A stretch of DNA of 64,000 nucleotides from Eledone cirrhosa (Eukaryota). The notes beneath the pieces were generated by a model, which did no database searches, was not told the origin of the DNA, and worked only from the letters and a program-made list of their open reading frames with translations. Below are positions 1 to 14,361 of this stretch, piece by piece. The translations under genes and the position numbers were made by a program. Each line of letters begins with the position of its first letter. Position 1 is the first letter of the stretch. The stretch covers positions 232,004,001-232,068,000 of the forward strand of contig OZ024741.1 of assembly GCA_964016885.1 (NCBI GenBank). The letters are read 5' to 3'.

Positions 1-3000
1 CGGGGGAGACTTCCGAGGGACATTCGTGGAGAAAGCCCATTAAAAAGCCACAGTGACCCTGACCACCAGGGCAAGTGCCCTCTTTCAGTTTTCCACCTTT
101 AATTTACAGACACATACTCAGAGTAGGCCAATTCACTCGGGCCATTCTTGCTTCTCTCACCCATCTTTCAACAAAATGCTGGGAAGAGAACACTTCCCTC
201 TCTACCCTGATTTTCCTTTTCAAATGAAATTTGAAAAAGTTAATCAGGGCATCACCGAAGAGGTAAGTGCTCGTCTTCAGCCCTTTCAAACGTGTCCACC
301 ATACTATCTCTTTCGCCATGGCCACCAGACAGATAAAAACTGCCTGCACTTCCCGGCTGAAGGAAGAGGGCGGGGCAATCCTCACAATGGACTCAGCTGA
401 TAGCTGGATCCGTCCTACCCGCGACAGCAGGTGTTCGACATAAACCCACAAGTCAGCAATGCTCGGACACTGGACGAGTGCGTGCAGGACGGTTTCGTCG
501 CCCTGCGCGCATCTCAGACATTCTCGGCTGACGACACCTCCATGCCTGTAGAGTTTATCCCGAACTGGCAAACCTCCTCGGTAGCACTGCCAGGCCAGGG
601 ATTTCTGGAAGTTGTCCATAGGCCCCGAAAGTTCTTCCGAAGAGATTGGCTAGTCGATTTTCGTCGACGTCTAGAGTTTCCCCAAGTACTGTGAGCGCCT
701 GAAGACATTCCAGTCTCCAAGCGCTCCCTTTCGGTCTTCGCTTCACCCAGGACTGCAGCTCCGTCAAGGAGACGAGCTGGGGAAAGACGCGTCTAGCAAA
801 CGGCAACCACACCTGATCACCGTCGAGGAAGTGGTGGAGATATCGTAGCCTGAGCGCGTGTCTGCGCATTATCAGCCACGGCATGGCGGGTGTTGACATC
901 AGATGGACCGCCTGTTCATCGCAGTGCGTCCCTTCCACCAAAAGGAAAGAGCAAACGCTCCAGCGCAGTCAGGTGGGGTTTAGGACAAGGTACGACGGTC
1001 AGGCGGTACTACATGACGGACGTGATGTACGCGTTGGTAACCTCCGCTCGACCTTTCAGGGATAGCTTACTCTCCGCCCATTTCTGGGTGAGAGAAGCTA
1101 TCCTGCTCGTCACCTCGTCCCAGTTTTTGTCCGTCTGGAGGTCCGGACCGAACCAGATCCCTAGCAATTTAACCGTCCGTCCGTCCAGCGCCCCACGACG
1201 CGGTTGGACGACATGGACCTTCCTCTCCTGGTGCCGAGCTGCAGGCCCACTGACTTTTCCTGGTTGATTATTGCACCTGTCACCGCTTCGTATTCTCTTA
1301 GTGTAGTGCCGATCGCCTCGATGTGTTTGGCGTTCGACACCACTAAGGTGACATCGTCCGCATATGCTGACACGGATCTTCCGCATCCTAGTTCGCGCGG
1401 GATCCCCCTCAACGTCTCCAGTTTGTGCAGTAATGGCTCGAGAGTCAATACGTACAAGAGGGAGGAGAGGGGACATCCTTGGCGGACCGAGCGCATGATG
1501 TTGAACGGTTCCGAAAGGTGACCGTTCACTCTCACCACAGAGTAGATGTCGCTGTATATGGCAGCGATCCAGCCTCTGAAGACGGGCCCAAAGCCAGCCG
1601 CCTTCAGGACTGCCGCTAGGTAACGATGGTCGACCCTATCGAAAGCTTACGACTGATTTAATTGATCAAAGGACAGACCCGTGCCAGGTTCCCTAGCTAC
1701 CCTCTCTACGATGTATCGCATGAGTTGGAGGTTGTCGTGGATGGATCTGTCGGGAATGGCGCATGTCTGCGCCTCTCCCACCAGACCACCAACGACAAGC
1801 GCCAAACTTTTTGCTAGCCCCTTGGCCAAAATCTAGAAATCTGTGTTTAGCAAAGTTATGGGCCTGAAATTATCTATGTTATCCCCCTTGTTCGGATCCT
1901 TTCTCAGCAGCGCCACCGCTCCTCGGCTCACAGAGCTGGAAATTCTCCCGTTCTGTTGCCAGTTGCAGTAGACGTCCGCAAGAGGCCCCCGAACAAGCCT
2001 GGCATCTGTACGTAAAGTTCATAGGACAGACCATCCAAACCAGGCGATTTACCCCTTGTGCAGCCAGTCATTGCCTCCCGTACTTCAACGGCTGTTATCG
2101 GCTTTCGCAACACTCCCCCTCAGTGGCTGAGAGCCGCGGCAGTCCGTCGAGGTAGACACTAAAGTCCATCCCTCGCTCTGGCCCGGCGCTGCCCCCGAAC
2201 ATTTGTGCGAAGTGTCGCGGAAAGGCTTCACACATTTGCCCGGGATCGAGTAGCATGCGCCCGTCGTGGTCCACCAAAGACCGGTGGTGGCTTTGTTGCC
2301 ACGACGCGCCTCCGCCACTCGGGCCCATTGAACGGCTTTCGTTCCCTCGTGTCTGAGAGCACGCACCCTAGCTCTGACAACGCAGCCTTCGTGCTTTGCA
2401 TTGTAGAATTGGTCAAGGGCCAATTTCGTCGAAAGTACGTCGGTCGCGATGCCTCTGCTAAGCGCCTCGTCTAATTGTCTAACGAGTTCACCCTCGGCTC
2501 TATTTTTTTCTATTGTTCAAGCCTTACTAAACATAATGGACTCTATTCTAATCGCTCTTTTCAGAGCAAACCACCACTTGTTGTTGATGATGGCCCCCGT
2601 CAACGCCCGCTTAACTGGTTCGCTAATCCGGTCTCTGTAGGCCTTTGCGCTGGTAAGGACGCGTTTAGCTTCCAGTAGCCGGGTCCTCGTCTATCAAGCC
2701 AATCTAACTCACGCACACAGATCAGGAAATTGTGGTCCCTGTAGCTGACTATCTTGAATTGTGGACAGCCTATGCTAGACCTATATATTTCCCTACAAAA
2801 TACTCTATCTGGATATGAACTGGATGACCCTATGCGGTTTGTCCAAGTCCACATTGACACATTCGGGAAATCCAATTGGTACGTCTCAGAGAGTTCAAAA
2901 CGCCTGAGCAGGTTGGTGAGGCTCTTGCACCCTCCTCCCCTATCCGCTAATCCCACACAGTCACAGCGTGCATGTAAGATTCCGTTACAGTCGCCTACTA

Positions 3001-5460
3001 ACACGAAAGAGCGGGACGTTCCAAGAAAGGTCTCCAGACGCCGGAAGAAATCAGGCCGCCCTGCTCCTGTCGGGGCATAGATGGCCACTAGCTTGAAAGC
3101 TTGCCCGTTTCCGTTGGTCACATCCAGCACCACCAACTTACCGTTTTGGTCCAGGATGATGGCCCGTATGGAGAGATCCAAACCCCTCCGAAATAGCACA
3201 GCAACTCCACCCCCGATCCTGGACGGCTGGGAGATGCGTACACATCGTAGCCGCCGAAGATCGGTGCGAAAGCACGTGTTTCGGAGATTCTGGTCTCGCT
3301 GATGGCCACTACATCTATGTTTAGTGACCTGAGGTCGTTGAGCAGGTGGCCCTGCTTCCATGACGACCACAAGCCATGCGCATTTAGGCTGCCTATTCTG
3401 AGTAAGGTCATGTTGAAATGGAGTGGAAAAGATGGGAAAGACCACATACCTTACTTCTCGTAGAGGAAGGATGGTATCTCCATCCTTTTCACCGCTTGTG
3501 GCCTCCTCCGGAAGGATGTCCTTATAAATCTTCCTGGAGAGTGATTGTCGGAAGTCTCCGATGTCTTTGGGGAATTTTTGTTTTAGTGTGGTGTACGTTT
3601 TCTGTGTGATGCGAGTGATTTGTATGTGTGGAGGTGGTGTGAACTTTTGGGGTGTTTTGTCGTCTTTTTCTGTGATGCTGGTGTTGTGTTTGATGTAGTG
3701 TAATAATTGGTTGTTGTTCAAATATAATGCTGTGTCGTGTGTATCGTTTTGGTTGTTTTGTTTTTTTTGCGTTTGTTGTGGGTTTGTTTCTGTTTCGCTT
3801 TTTGGTGACTTCTTTGGTGTTGGTGATGGTGGTGTTGGGGTTAATGATGGTAATGGGGTTGGTGATGCTGGTGTGGATGTTGGAATAGCTGTCCTAACTT
3901 TTTTGTTTGATAGCTTATTTGATTCCCTCTGTATTTTGTTTTTTGGTTGGGGAAGGAAGAGGATTTTTTCTTTTTCGGCTTCTTTTTCTTTTTTCTTTTT
4001 CCTGATACCGTTTCCCACTCCTCGTCGTCACAATCTGTCTCCAGTCGCGATAGGTCGGGAGTGAAAAATCCTCTACAGGCATTGGTTTTGGTTGTGGCGT
4101 GGTGGATGGTGTAGGCGCTGGTGCTAGTTCTGGCGCGTTGGGTGTTGGTGGTGTTGGTTTTGCTACTGTTGTTGGGATTGTTGCTGTTCCAGTTGCTTCT
4201 GTTGTTGCTGTATCAGTTGTTGCTGCCATTTCCGCTGCTGGTGTTGTTGATGGTTGAGTCACTGGGGTGGATAAGAGACGTGGCCTCAACCTTTTAGCCT
4301 GAGGGCCCTCGACGATTACGGTGAGGTGACTGCCGTCAGTGAGGTCTATTACCTCTGGGATCTCCTCAATCCTTTTTTAGTCCGCTTGGATCAGGAGCTC
4401 CATCCCAGATCCGGACCAGTTCTCCTGCTTTTCTTTCGCTATTTCGATTATCTTGGTGTTGTCCTCGATGCCGGCGAGGACGGCAGCCATTAGCCAGGGA
4501 ATTTCGATTGCCGGTGGAACGTGGGTCACCCTGAACTTTACGAGTCTCTGGCCACAATAGCTTGGGACGAGTGTGAAGTCGTCACTTCTTAAAGGGGCCA
4601 TGGAGTGTTCTCTGGTCTCCTGTGGTGTTCCAATGAACACGGCCACGGTTCAATATTTCTGCCCACGTCTGATGTGGGTTTTTTTTGCCCACACATGTCC
4701 CAAAGCTTTTTGGATCTGGGACTCGGATGCCCGTTTCACTCTGCGCAATTTTATGTTAAACGTCTGATAAGACACAGTGCATAGGCGCCGATGCTCCATT
4801 TTATTAGATGCGGGTGGGGGGGGGGGGGGGGTAGCTGACTCTGTACCCATCTTTCGTTACCATTCTCTTGGCTTCATCTAATTCCTCCTGAGTTACCTGG
4901 ATTGTTTCGCATTTTTTGGCTGCCTTCGCAAATGACACGATGTTATTCTCATTGTTGCTGTTGCTGTTGTTGTTATTGTTATTTTTGTTATTGTTATTTT
5001 TAATTTCAGTTGTGGTGGTGGTGGTGTCAGTGGTGTTCGGTGTGGAAGAGTCCATTCTGGGTGAATCCATTTCGTTGTCACGAGATAATTTATTTTCTTC
5101 TTTTGTTTCTGTTGTCGCTGTGGTGGTGGTGAGGGTGGCGGCTTCAACACCTGCAGTGATTGGTAATGGCAGGAAATGAATGTCTGCATGAGACAAATTT
5201 AAAATATTGCTACTGCTTATATTTTTAGTGTTGGCAAACGTAGTAATATTTACAATTGTGGTGTCGGTGTGAGGTGTTAGTTTGTGAGGAAGGTGTGACT
5301 GTGAGTCGTTCATGGTTTTTTCAAAGAAACTTTTGTTTGATAATTATAAAAGTTTAAATTTTGGGCTCAAGGGACCAATCTTTTTGAGTGTCCTTTTCAG
5401 AAAATAATGTATGTGCACTTATATACAGTTAACAATAAAAAATCTCCATAAATGGCAATT
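1..5460 (-). mobile_element. Near full-length Tx1/L1-clade non-LTR retrotransposon, frameshifted
   Basis: The minus-strand ORF fragments run in canonical order: low-complexity ORF1 (5313-3915), APE endonuclease (IGSLNAHGL, AISETR, AIYAP, LVGDCN, YWKLN; 3447-2600), RT (GKSPGLDGL, RQGCPLS, SAYADD; 2423-1000) and a C-terminal zf-RVT-like CLRC...ETVLHALVQC (104-619). The 3' end runs off the window. Confidence 0.92.
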
Positions 5461-5526
5461 TTAAACTACTGAACACAACAAACCTTCACGCAGCTCACGA
5501 TAATACGATTTCCTACGTAGGTCGCC

Positions 5527-7021
5527 AATAATAATAATAATAATAATGGTTTCTTTATTGGGCACAAGGGCTAACATGAAGAAAAACAGTACAAGCGGCA
5601 CAGAATGGTACAGGACGATACCAAGTGGGTTTTGGCCCTGTAAAAAGATTATAACATGCATCGGTTTTGGTCAGGCAAAGACCGTATTGTTGCTTTGTTG
5701 CCAGGTCCCGCCTCCAAAACCCGAGCCCATTGACGGCTTTCGGCTCATCGCGTCTCAGATCCGGCGCCCTAACCCTGACAACGCTGCCTTCGTGCTTTGC
5801 GTTGAAGAATTGGTCTAGTGCCAATCTCGCCGCAAGCACGTCGGTTGCGATGCCTGTCCTAAACGCCTCTTCTAGTTTTCTATCTAGCTCTCCCTCTACT
5901 CTATTTTCCTTTATCACTACGCCTTTGCTAAACCTTATCGATTCGAATCCGATTGCCCTTTTCAGGATGAAGCACCACCTATTGTTGACGACGCATCCGT
6001 CAAGGAATGCTTAAATAATTCACTTACTCGGTCTCTGTATGCTTTGCGCGCCGGGAACGACGCGTTCAGCTTCTTATAATCAGGTCCTTGCTTATGAATT
6101 CTATCTAAGTCTATTTCACAGATCACACATTTTTGGCTGACTACTTTAAATTGGGGACAAGCCACACTAGCCTTATCTGTTTTCACTACAGAATACCATA
6201 TCTAAATACGATCTAAATGACCCGATGCGGTTTGCCCATGTCCACATTGGCACATTCGGATAATCCAGTCGATACCTGTCAGACAGTTCAAACCGTCTGA
6301 GCAGGTTGGTGAGGTTTTTGCATCCTCCTACTCCTCTATTAACTAGCCCTACATATTCCCAGCGTGCCTCTAGGATACCGTTACACTCACCCACTAACAC
6401 TAACACTAAAGAGCGTCTGAAGAAATCTGGCCGTCCTACCACAGTTGTAGCGTAGACAGATACTAACCTGAAAATATTGATTCGCTGCCGACTTACCTTC
6501 TGGGTCCAGGAAGATGGCCTATATGGCGAGATCCAAGCCTCTCCGAAAAATCACAGCAAACGGCTGGGAGATGTATATACATCGTGGCCACTGAAGAATT
6601 CTGGTCTCACTGATGGCTACCACATCTATGTTTAGTGACTTGAGGTCATTAAGCAGACAACCCAGCATCCAAGATGATCACAGGCCACGTACATTTATAC
6701 TGCCTATTCCAAGTAAGGCCATGTTGGGTGAGGAACGGGGTGGGGAAGGGACAGTTGAACCGTCCTTTTAGCTGGCCATGTGTGTTTCCAACATATTATC
6801 CGTGTATATTATCTTGGTTAGCGAGCCTCTGAATTCCACCAAATACGTTGGGATTTTTTTGTTTTAAATGTTTATATTGTTCCATTTTAATCTCGACAAC
6901 ATTTATATCTTTTGGTAATATTCTTGGTGTTGGAGGGATGTAGTAATTTTTGTCTGTAATATCTGCGTGCTGCTTTATATGTTCTAAGAGTTCTTTATTT
7001 GCCATGTTTACGACGGTGCAT

Positions 7022-7052
<31 letters not shown>

Positions 7053-7860
7053 ATTATGTTTTGTTCCTGTTTTCTTGTCGCTGCTGTTGGGTGTGAGTGC
7101 CTTGTTGTATTTGCGATGATGTTTGTGATGATGCTGGTGGCGGTGTGGTTTCTGTTGGTGGTACTGCTTGTGGTGGTGATGATGATGGCGGTGGTGTTGC
7201 TGCAAGTCGCTTTGCAGCCTTAACCCTTCTTTGATTGCCCTCGCTTTTAAGGGTGAAGCTAAATGTTTTTTCTTTTATTTTTCTGGCAGAGCTTTTGCCA
7301 CTCCACTCCCGCCTCACACTCCATGTCGAACACTGTAATATCTGGGAAGGGTGTGAGCTCCACTGCTGTTGGTGGTAGTCGTGCAGCCAATTCCGGTGAT
7401 ATTGCCACCGGTGTAGCTACTGCAATTCTTTCCTGTTGCCGCCGCTGTTATAGTTGTACGCGTTCTAGGTATGGGTTTCACGGACGTTACCCTCTTGCTC
7501 TGACATCTCTGCTACCTGTCCTACTTCTGGAAGCAGCGGACGAGGCGTTGGAAGGAGGGAGGCCTTTTCCTTTGCTGTCTTCTGCTGGCAAAAGGCCCTG
7601 AAGTAACCCTTTGACCCACAGGCATAGCAACTTGGGCGTCTATCTTCCACACTTAAGTGAGTGAACCACCTTTGAGGTCTATGACATCCGGGATAGTAAC
7701 CATACAAGCCAGGTCAGTTTGGAATAACATTTGCATTCCAATAGCTGACCAGTTCTCCCTCCATATCCTCTGCAGTTGCAGTGTGGTCGTCTTGTCCTCA
7801 ATTCCGACAAGGACAGGCAATGGACGTTTGCGGCATTCCATGTCTGTAGAGTTAATCTCA
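5527..7860 (-). mobile_element. Tx1/L1-like LINE, internally deleted (RT missing)
   Basis: An (ATT)n tail with AATAAA on the minus strand (5527-5562) is joined almost directly to the EN-RT linker (FNAKHEG). The endonuclease lies at 6173-6720, and ORF1 contains a degenerate zinc knuckle CYACGSKGYFRAFC (about 7590-7630). Confidence 0.85.
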
Positions 7861-10200
7861 AACTGACAAAGCTCCTCGATAGCAGTGCCATGTCATGGGT
7901 TTCTTGAAACTATATATGGCCCTGGAACGGAAAGTCCTTTCGAAAAGTGTGGCTAGTTGAATTTTGTCGATGTCATGAATTTCCTTAAGAACATTCTCAC
8001 TTTTATCTGCCACTATCCTACTATATAACGTTAAGGTGGTGTTTTCACCTATCATATTGCCTGTTTCGTGAAAGGATGTAAGCTCCTGGAGACATTCCAG
8101 TTTCCAAGCGTTGCCCCTCTGTCTCCGCTTCACCCAGGACTGTAGCTCCGTTAAGGATACGAGCTGGGGCAACATGCATCGGGTGAACGGTGACCACACT
8201 ATTTCAAGAAGAGATAAAGAGATGGAGATGTCGTAGCCTAAGCACATGTCTGCGCATCGTTAGCCACGGCATTCCCAGTCCCCAACGCAGGTGCTGTTGA
8301 GAGTAGATGGAGCGCCTACCAATCGGAACGCGAGCTTTCCAAAATAATTCGAAGAGAAAACGCTCCAGTACATTCAGATCGGGTTTAGGACAAGACACGA
8401 TGGTCAAGCGGATTTAGATGGCGGACGCGATGAATGTGTGCGCCACCACTGCCCTACTTTTTATGGACAGATTTCCCTCGGCCTATTTTTCGGTGAGATT
8501 GGCCACTCTGTTAACTCATCCCAATTTCGGTCAATTTATAGGTCAGAACCAAACCAGAGAGCAAGTAATTTTCCGGCCCGTCCTTCCAGCACCCGACAAC
8601 ACCGTTAGACTGCATGGACTTGCCTCTCCATGTGCTAGATGTAGGCCCACGGCGTTTTCCTTGTTGATTTTCGCTCCTGTCAGCGCTTCGTACTTTTTCA
8701 GAGCAGTGCCGATCATCTTAATGTATTTGGTGTTGGACACTAGGAGTGTGACGTCGTCGGTATAAGCTGATACAGATCTTCCATGTCCTATTTCATACAG
8801 GATGCCCTCCTGTAAGAGCATAGATAGCCACTAATCTGAATTCGTCCTCTCTTCCTCTGGTCAGCACCGGTACCACCAATTTACCCCCAAGAATATGGTC
8901 CGTATTGCATGATACATGCCCTTCTGGAACAACACGGCAACTCCACCTCCAGAACCTGTACAGCTTGGGGATGCGTACACCACGTAGCCACCGAAAATGT
9001 GTGCAAATGTTCGTGCGTTGAAAACTCTTGTCTCGCTAATGGTCACCACATCTATATACATTGACCTTAGTTAATTGAGCATGTGCCTCTGTTTCCAGGA
9101 TGACCCCAAGCCCCGTGTATTGACTCTACCTAATTTGAGTGAGGCCATGATTGATTTAGAGAAGATGAAAGTGGGAAAAGCCACTTATCTTAGATTTGGG
9201 GGAGGAAGGCCAGTAGTTGCATCCATCAGTGGTCTCTTGTGGGGCTCAAAAGCCGAAATATCTGTGTAGATTCATTTGGAGATTGTTCCCTGAAGTCTCC
9301 AATCGAATGTGGGAATTTTGTTTTTAAATATATGTGTTTTCTATGTTATAATTAATATTTGTATGATTTTTGGTAATGCTATTTTTCCTGGTTTTATAAA
9401 ATGTCACTGTTTGACGTACCGTATTTTGGATAGTTTCGCAAGGGTTCTTGAGACTAAAGATATGGTCATTGCTTTCAACAAGACTCCTTGCTTTTTCTAT
9501 TTCATCCTCAGAAAAGTTTAGTTTTCGGAAGGATGAATTGATAGAACCGGCCAAAGAATCTTTCTAGGTGCTATTGTTCAGTGTGGATAGTGTGTTGTTC
9601 TGGCTACCGCTGAGATCGCTGTTACTGTTATTGATGCGGTTGTTGTTATTGTTGTTGCTTTCATTGATACTTTTGCTTCTGTTATTGTTGCTGTGGCTGT
9701 TGTTGTTATTTTTTACTGTTATTGTCTTTCTCAACCTTAACGCTGTTATTTTCGTTGTTGTTATTGATGGTGTTGTTGTTGGCGTTATTGTTGGTGTTGT
9801 TTGTATAAGAACCATTTGACTGCTTTTAGTTTGAAACAGTATCATTAATAACGATAATGTTTTTTCTTTTTCTTTTCTCGAAATATCGGTATTTTTCTAC
9901 CTAGAACGCTGTCTTGTTGAACTGTTCACAGCGTCTTCCTATCTCTATGTAGTCTTACAGGGCTCTCTCACTTTCTAGTGGTATCCATTTTTGACGTAAT
10001 GATTGAAAATATTTTTCTCAGTGAAATTTTACAAAAGATGACACCCCATAACGGGGTATCGTATTATTTGCGAGTGCACCCCCTGTGTTAAGTGGATCAA
10101 TTGCTCGAAAATCTTACCCAGTTTAAAACTTAAATAATAGGTTAGAAGCGGCCAAAATAAGTATACACAGTTGACAAAATTTGGAGCTGACATGAAGCGT
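7861..10200 (-). mobile_element. Tx1/L1-like LINE, fragmented
   Basis: RT C-terminal part (SAYTDD, PQLVSLTELQSWVKRR as in copy 1; 7858-8821), endonuclease N-terminus (8861-9150) and an Asn/Thr-rich ORF1 5' region (9324-9845). Confidence 0.82.
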
Positions 10201-10799
10201 GACTTCATCCTCCATAATGATAGTAATAATGATTTTTTTTATTAACATCAAAGGTTTTACACCAACAAAAACATTATGTCAGTACAGGACGAAAACATAG
10301 AGTGTGTGTGTGTGTGTGTGCGTGTGTTGGTGTGTGGGTATCGCGTGTAAATAAATTTCAACAATGTTAAAAGTAAAAAACGACAATGAAATTAAATCAA
10401 AGAAGGTTCCTCAATACGGAGGAGACGTTTGACGGACATCCGTGGACAAAACACCGTAAAGCCATGGATGCACTGATAATTGGGGTAAGTGCACAGTCCC
10501 AGTTTTGCTCCTCTAATCTACAGGCTCAAACTCCGAGAGGGCCCATTCACTCGGGTCATGCTCGCTTCTCTCACCGACCTTTCAACAAATTGCTACGGAG
10601 GCAGCACTTTTCTCTCTACCCTTATATTCCTCCTCAAGTGGAATATGGTTCTTTATTAGCAACACAGGGATCACACTAAGGAACCATTAAAGACGATAAA
10701 AGACGGCACAATGTGCGTTTTTATTTGTGTAAAATAAAATTTATCAAAGAGTCTAAGAAAATAAACATGTAAAACAAACATAACAAATTCCCTAAAGGT

Positions 10800-12250
10800 G
10801 AGGAGTCTCCAAGGGTCGTTCTAGACGCTAACACCACCAGTTATGTGATATTTTCTCCACAATGTTCGATTAGTAGGGTTTAATGAGTAAAGGTCAATCC
10901 AATCAATCAGTTGACATTATCAAGCCATCATTTTGGCTGTCGACCTCTGCTTCTCTTACCAGCCAACTTTCCTTCTAGGCATAACTTACACCAAGAATTG
11001 ATCTAATGATATGACCATATAGGTTTAAGCACTCTTGACCTTGAAACCGATGTGATTGGTCTAAGCCTGGTGATGTTGAACAGCCTATTGATTCAGATAC
11101 GGTCGCTGAGTCGCTTGCCAGTCATAAATCTCATGATGGGATTCTGGAATGCTGGTAGGATGTAAGTATCGAAGATATTAGCCTTCAAATGATAGGAGAC
11201 TCGTTTTGATGTTAGTACTACCTTTTTCCTGTTGAAAGCTGCTTAACCTAGAGCAATGCGATATTGGACAGCGGCCATTCCTTTGTTGTTTGATGGTAGG
11301 TTGTGACCGAAATATACAACTTCCGATACTTCAGCAAGTTGCTGGTTGTTGATTGTGAGTTGGAGATTGGCATTGTTTTTATTAGCTGTCATATATTTTG
11401 TTTTGGAGATGTTGATGTATAAGCCAGCCTCCAGTGAATGTTTGGCCAATACATTCAGAAGGTTTTGCAGATCAGTTCTCGAGTAACTCATGTTCGCCAG
11501 ATCGTCTGCATAGCTAAGATTTGATAGGACTTTACCTCCTATGTGATAGCCGGAGGAGCATTTTCTTTAGTTTGGTAGATAAGTATAGCCATAACTATAC
11601 AGAAAAGAAGTGCTTATAGTACATCCCCCATCCTTTAAGATCTATATACACCGTGTCGTTCCCAAACCTATTTTGATATATGTTGTTGATTTGGTGTAAG
11701 TCACTTTCAGTTCGTTTATGTATTTTTTGTTAATTGAGGTTTTGTTTAAGAGTTGCCACAAGCTGGGTAGTTTCACGTCAAAAGTTTTGTGAAGTCAAAG
11801 AAGGTGATGAGCACAGGGTTGTTGAATTCTATTGCTTTTGATATTTTATATAGCTAGGATCTGCTCAATGATGCCTCTTCCAGGTTGATAAGCAGCTTGT
11901 GTTTCAGGAAAGGAGACGTAGAAGTCTGACTTCAGTCGTGCTGCAATGATACTCAAGAACTGTTTATAGACATGACTCAATAAAGTCTGCTACTTTTTTT
12001 TGTAGACTACAACTATCAATGCTTTCTTGAACATGACTGGACTTTTTTACTGTAAATGCTGAAGTGCTTTGATAATTGGTTCACCCCCAGCTTCGATGAG
12101 TTCTGAGTATACATTGAACAGTCCAGGGCTTTATTCTCGCTTCACATTTTTGATGGCATGAGATATCTCGCTAGATAAGGTAGATGGAATGGCATATGAG
12201 GGTGAATAATGATTGGGTGTTCGTTCTAAATTGCTGCTAGTACAGTTCTT
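10800..12250 (-). mobile_element. RTE-clade LINE RT remnant
   Basis: Minus strand reads NLSYADDL (about 11500-11522), GLYINISKTKYM and YFGH, with many stops. Confidence 0.75.
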
Positions 12251-13105
12251 CATTGAATTTATCTCAGCGTTCAATGGACTTGACCGGAATTGCACATTTC
12301 TGTCCCTTCACTACCAGATCACCGACAACAAGCGGCAACTACGTTGCTAAATGTTTGGATAACATTTTAAACTCTGCGTTTAGCATAGATATGGGCCTGA
12401 AATTCCTCATATTGCCCCCCCCCCCCCCTGTTCGGGTCCTCTAATAGCAGTACTAACACACATCGACTCATTTTACTGGGAATACTCCTGTATTACTGCC
12501 TGTTAGCGTAAACATCCGCTAAGATGTCGCCGAACAAGTCTACCATGTTTCTATAAAACTCGTAGTGCAGACCATCTAACCCAAGCGATTTTCCCATCGT
12601 GAAGCTTTCCATTGCGTCCCATATTTCCTCGGCTGTTATAGGCTTTTCGAAACACTCATACTCCCTCGTCAACAGCCGTGATAGGCAATCGAAGAAGGCT
12701 CTGATATTCATTCCTCGATCCGACCCACCACCGCTCCCCAACATTTGCGTAAAGTGTTACTGAAAGACCTCAAACATCTGCTTGGAATCAAGTACCATGC
12801 GCCCGTCGTGATACGCCAAAGATCGGTTTGTAGTGTTGTTGCCACGCCTCGCTTCCACCCTTCGGGCTCATTGACCTGCTCTTATACCCTCGTGTCTAAG
12901 ATCACGCATTTTGCTCTTACATTGCAGCCTTCATGGTTAGCATTTGAAGAATTGTTCCAGGGCCAAACTTGCTACTAGCACTTTGGCTATGGTGATTTCA
13001 GTATTTAACACTTCCGGTTTTCTAGTTAGGTCTCCATCTACTTTAGTTTTCTTTATCATTTCATCCTTAGTAAAACTCATCGATTCTACTATAATAGCCC
13101 TTTAT

Positions 13106-13222
13106 ATAATTGTTTCTACATTTTGGCACAAGGCCAGCAATTACCCAGTGCAATACTGGTACTTTATTTTAACGACCCCGTAAGGATGAAAGGCAAAGTT
13201 AACCTCGGCGGGATTTGAACAG
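13106..13222 (-). mobile_element. SINE, 3' part (same family as 15016-15207)
   Basis: The sequence ttggcacaaggccagcaattacccagtg...ggatgaaaggcaaagttaacctcggcgggatttgaac matches the reverse complement of the full copies. Confidence 0.85.
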
Positions 13223-14361
13223 CCCTTTATATAATTTGTTGTTTTTGATTGCTCCCGTCGAGGCTCGACTAACTAATATACTGATCCGATCTTTGTAGTC
13301 TTTTCGCGCCGGGAATTACGCACTTAGCTTCCAGTACGCAGCTGCCTGTTTATGAAGCCAATCTAGATTGACCACACAGATTGACTACAGATGTGTGTTC
13401 TGTGTAATAATTGACTACTTTGAATTGTAGACAACTTATACTATACTTATCTAATTCCCTACAGAATACCGTATCGAAATACGATCTGGATGACCCGATT
13501 TGTTTTTTCTATGTCCTCATTGGCACATTCGGTAAATCCAGTCGGTAGCTGTCAGAGAGATGGAAGCGTCTGAACAGGTTTGCAAGGCTTTTAGACCCTC
13601 GTCCCCCTATCTGTTAGTCCCACACAGTCACAGCATGTATCTAAGATACCATCCTAGTCCCCCATTAACACTAAAGAAAGGGACGTTCCTAGAAAGGTCT
13701 CAATGCGTCTGAAGAAATCAAACGCTCCAGCCATTGTCGGGGAGTAGGCAGCTACTAGCCTGAATGCATAGCCGTCGCTGCTGGTCACGTCCAGCACCAC
13801 TAATTGGGGTTCTGTATCCAGGAAAATGGTGCGTATTGCAAGATCCATGCCTTTCCGAAGTAACACAACGACTCCATCTCCAGATCCGAGACTGCTTGGA
13901 GAAGCATACACCTCGTAGCCGCCGAAGATAGGTGCAAAAATTCATACGTTTCAAATTCTGGTCTCGGTGATGGCCACCATATCTATATTTAGTGACGTAA
14001 GGCCGTTGAACAGGTTTCCCTGCTTCCAAGATGATCCGCAACTGATTTCCACCTATAATTTACTCAGAGAATAACCTAACGAACACAACCAACTGAGCCC
14101 ACCTAATCATCTAACAAAATACCTACTAAACCATCAATTTAAATATTCACTAAACCAACCGCATAACCTTTCACTAATACTGCCAGGAAACTATCTACCA
14201 AATCACCCACCAAAGTAGCCATTAAACTACCAACACATCACGCAACTAACACCACATTTAACCATATACCATGCCATCCACCAAACCACTAAAAAGAAAC
14301 AGCACACCAAATCAACCACAAAAGTCCACGATGTATACTTTTATTTTCCTTTTTCTTTTAG

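Larger units (their letters stand above)
10220..14330 (-). mobile_element. Tx1/L1-like LINE interrupted by an RTE LINE and a SINE
   Basis: The 3' end at 10220-10680 is similar to 53-250 of copy 1. RT N-terminus (KPITAEE, GKSLGLDGL; 12493-12744) and endonuclease (13654-14040) follow. Confidence 0.8.
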
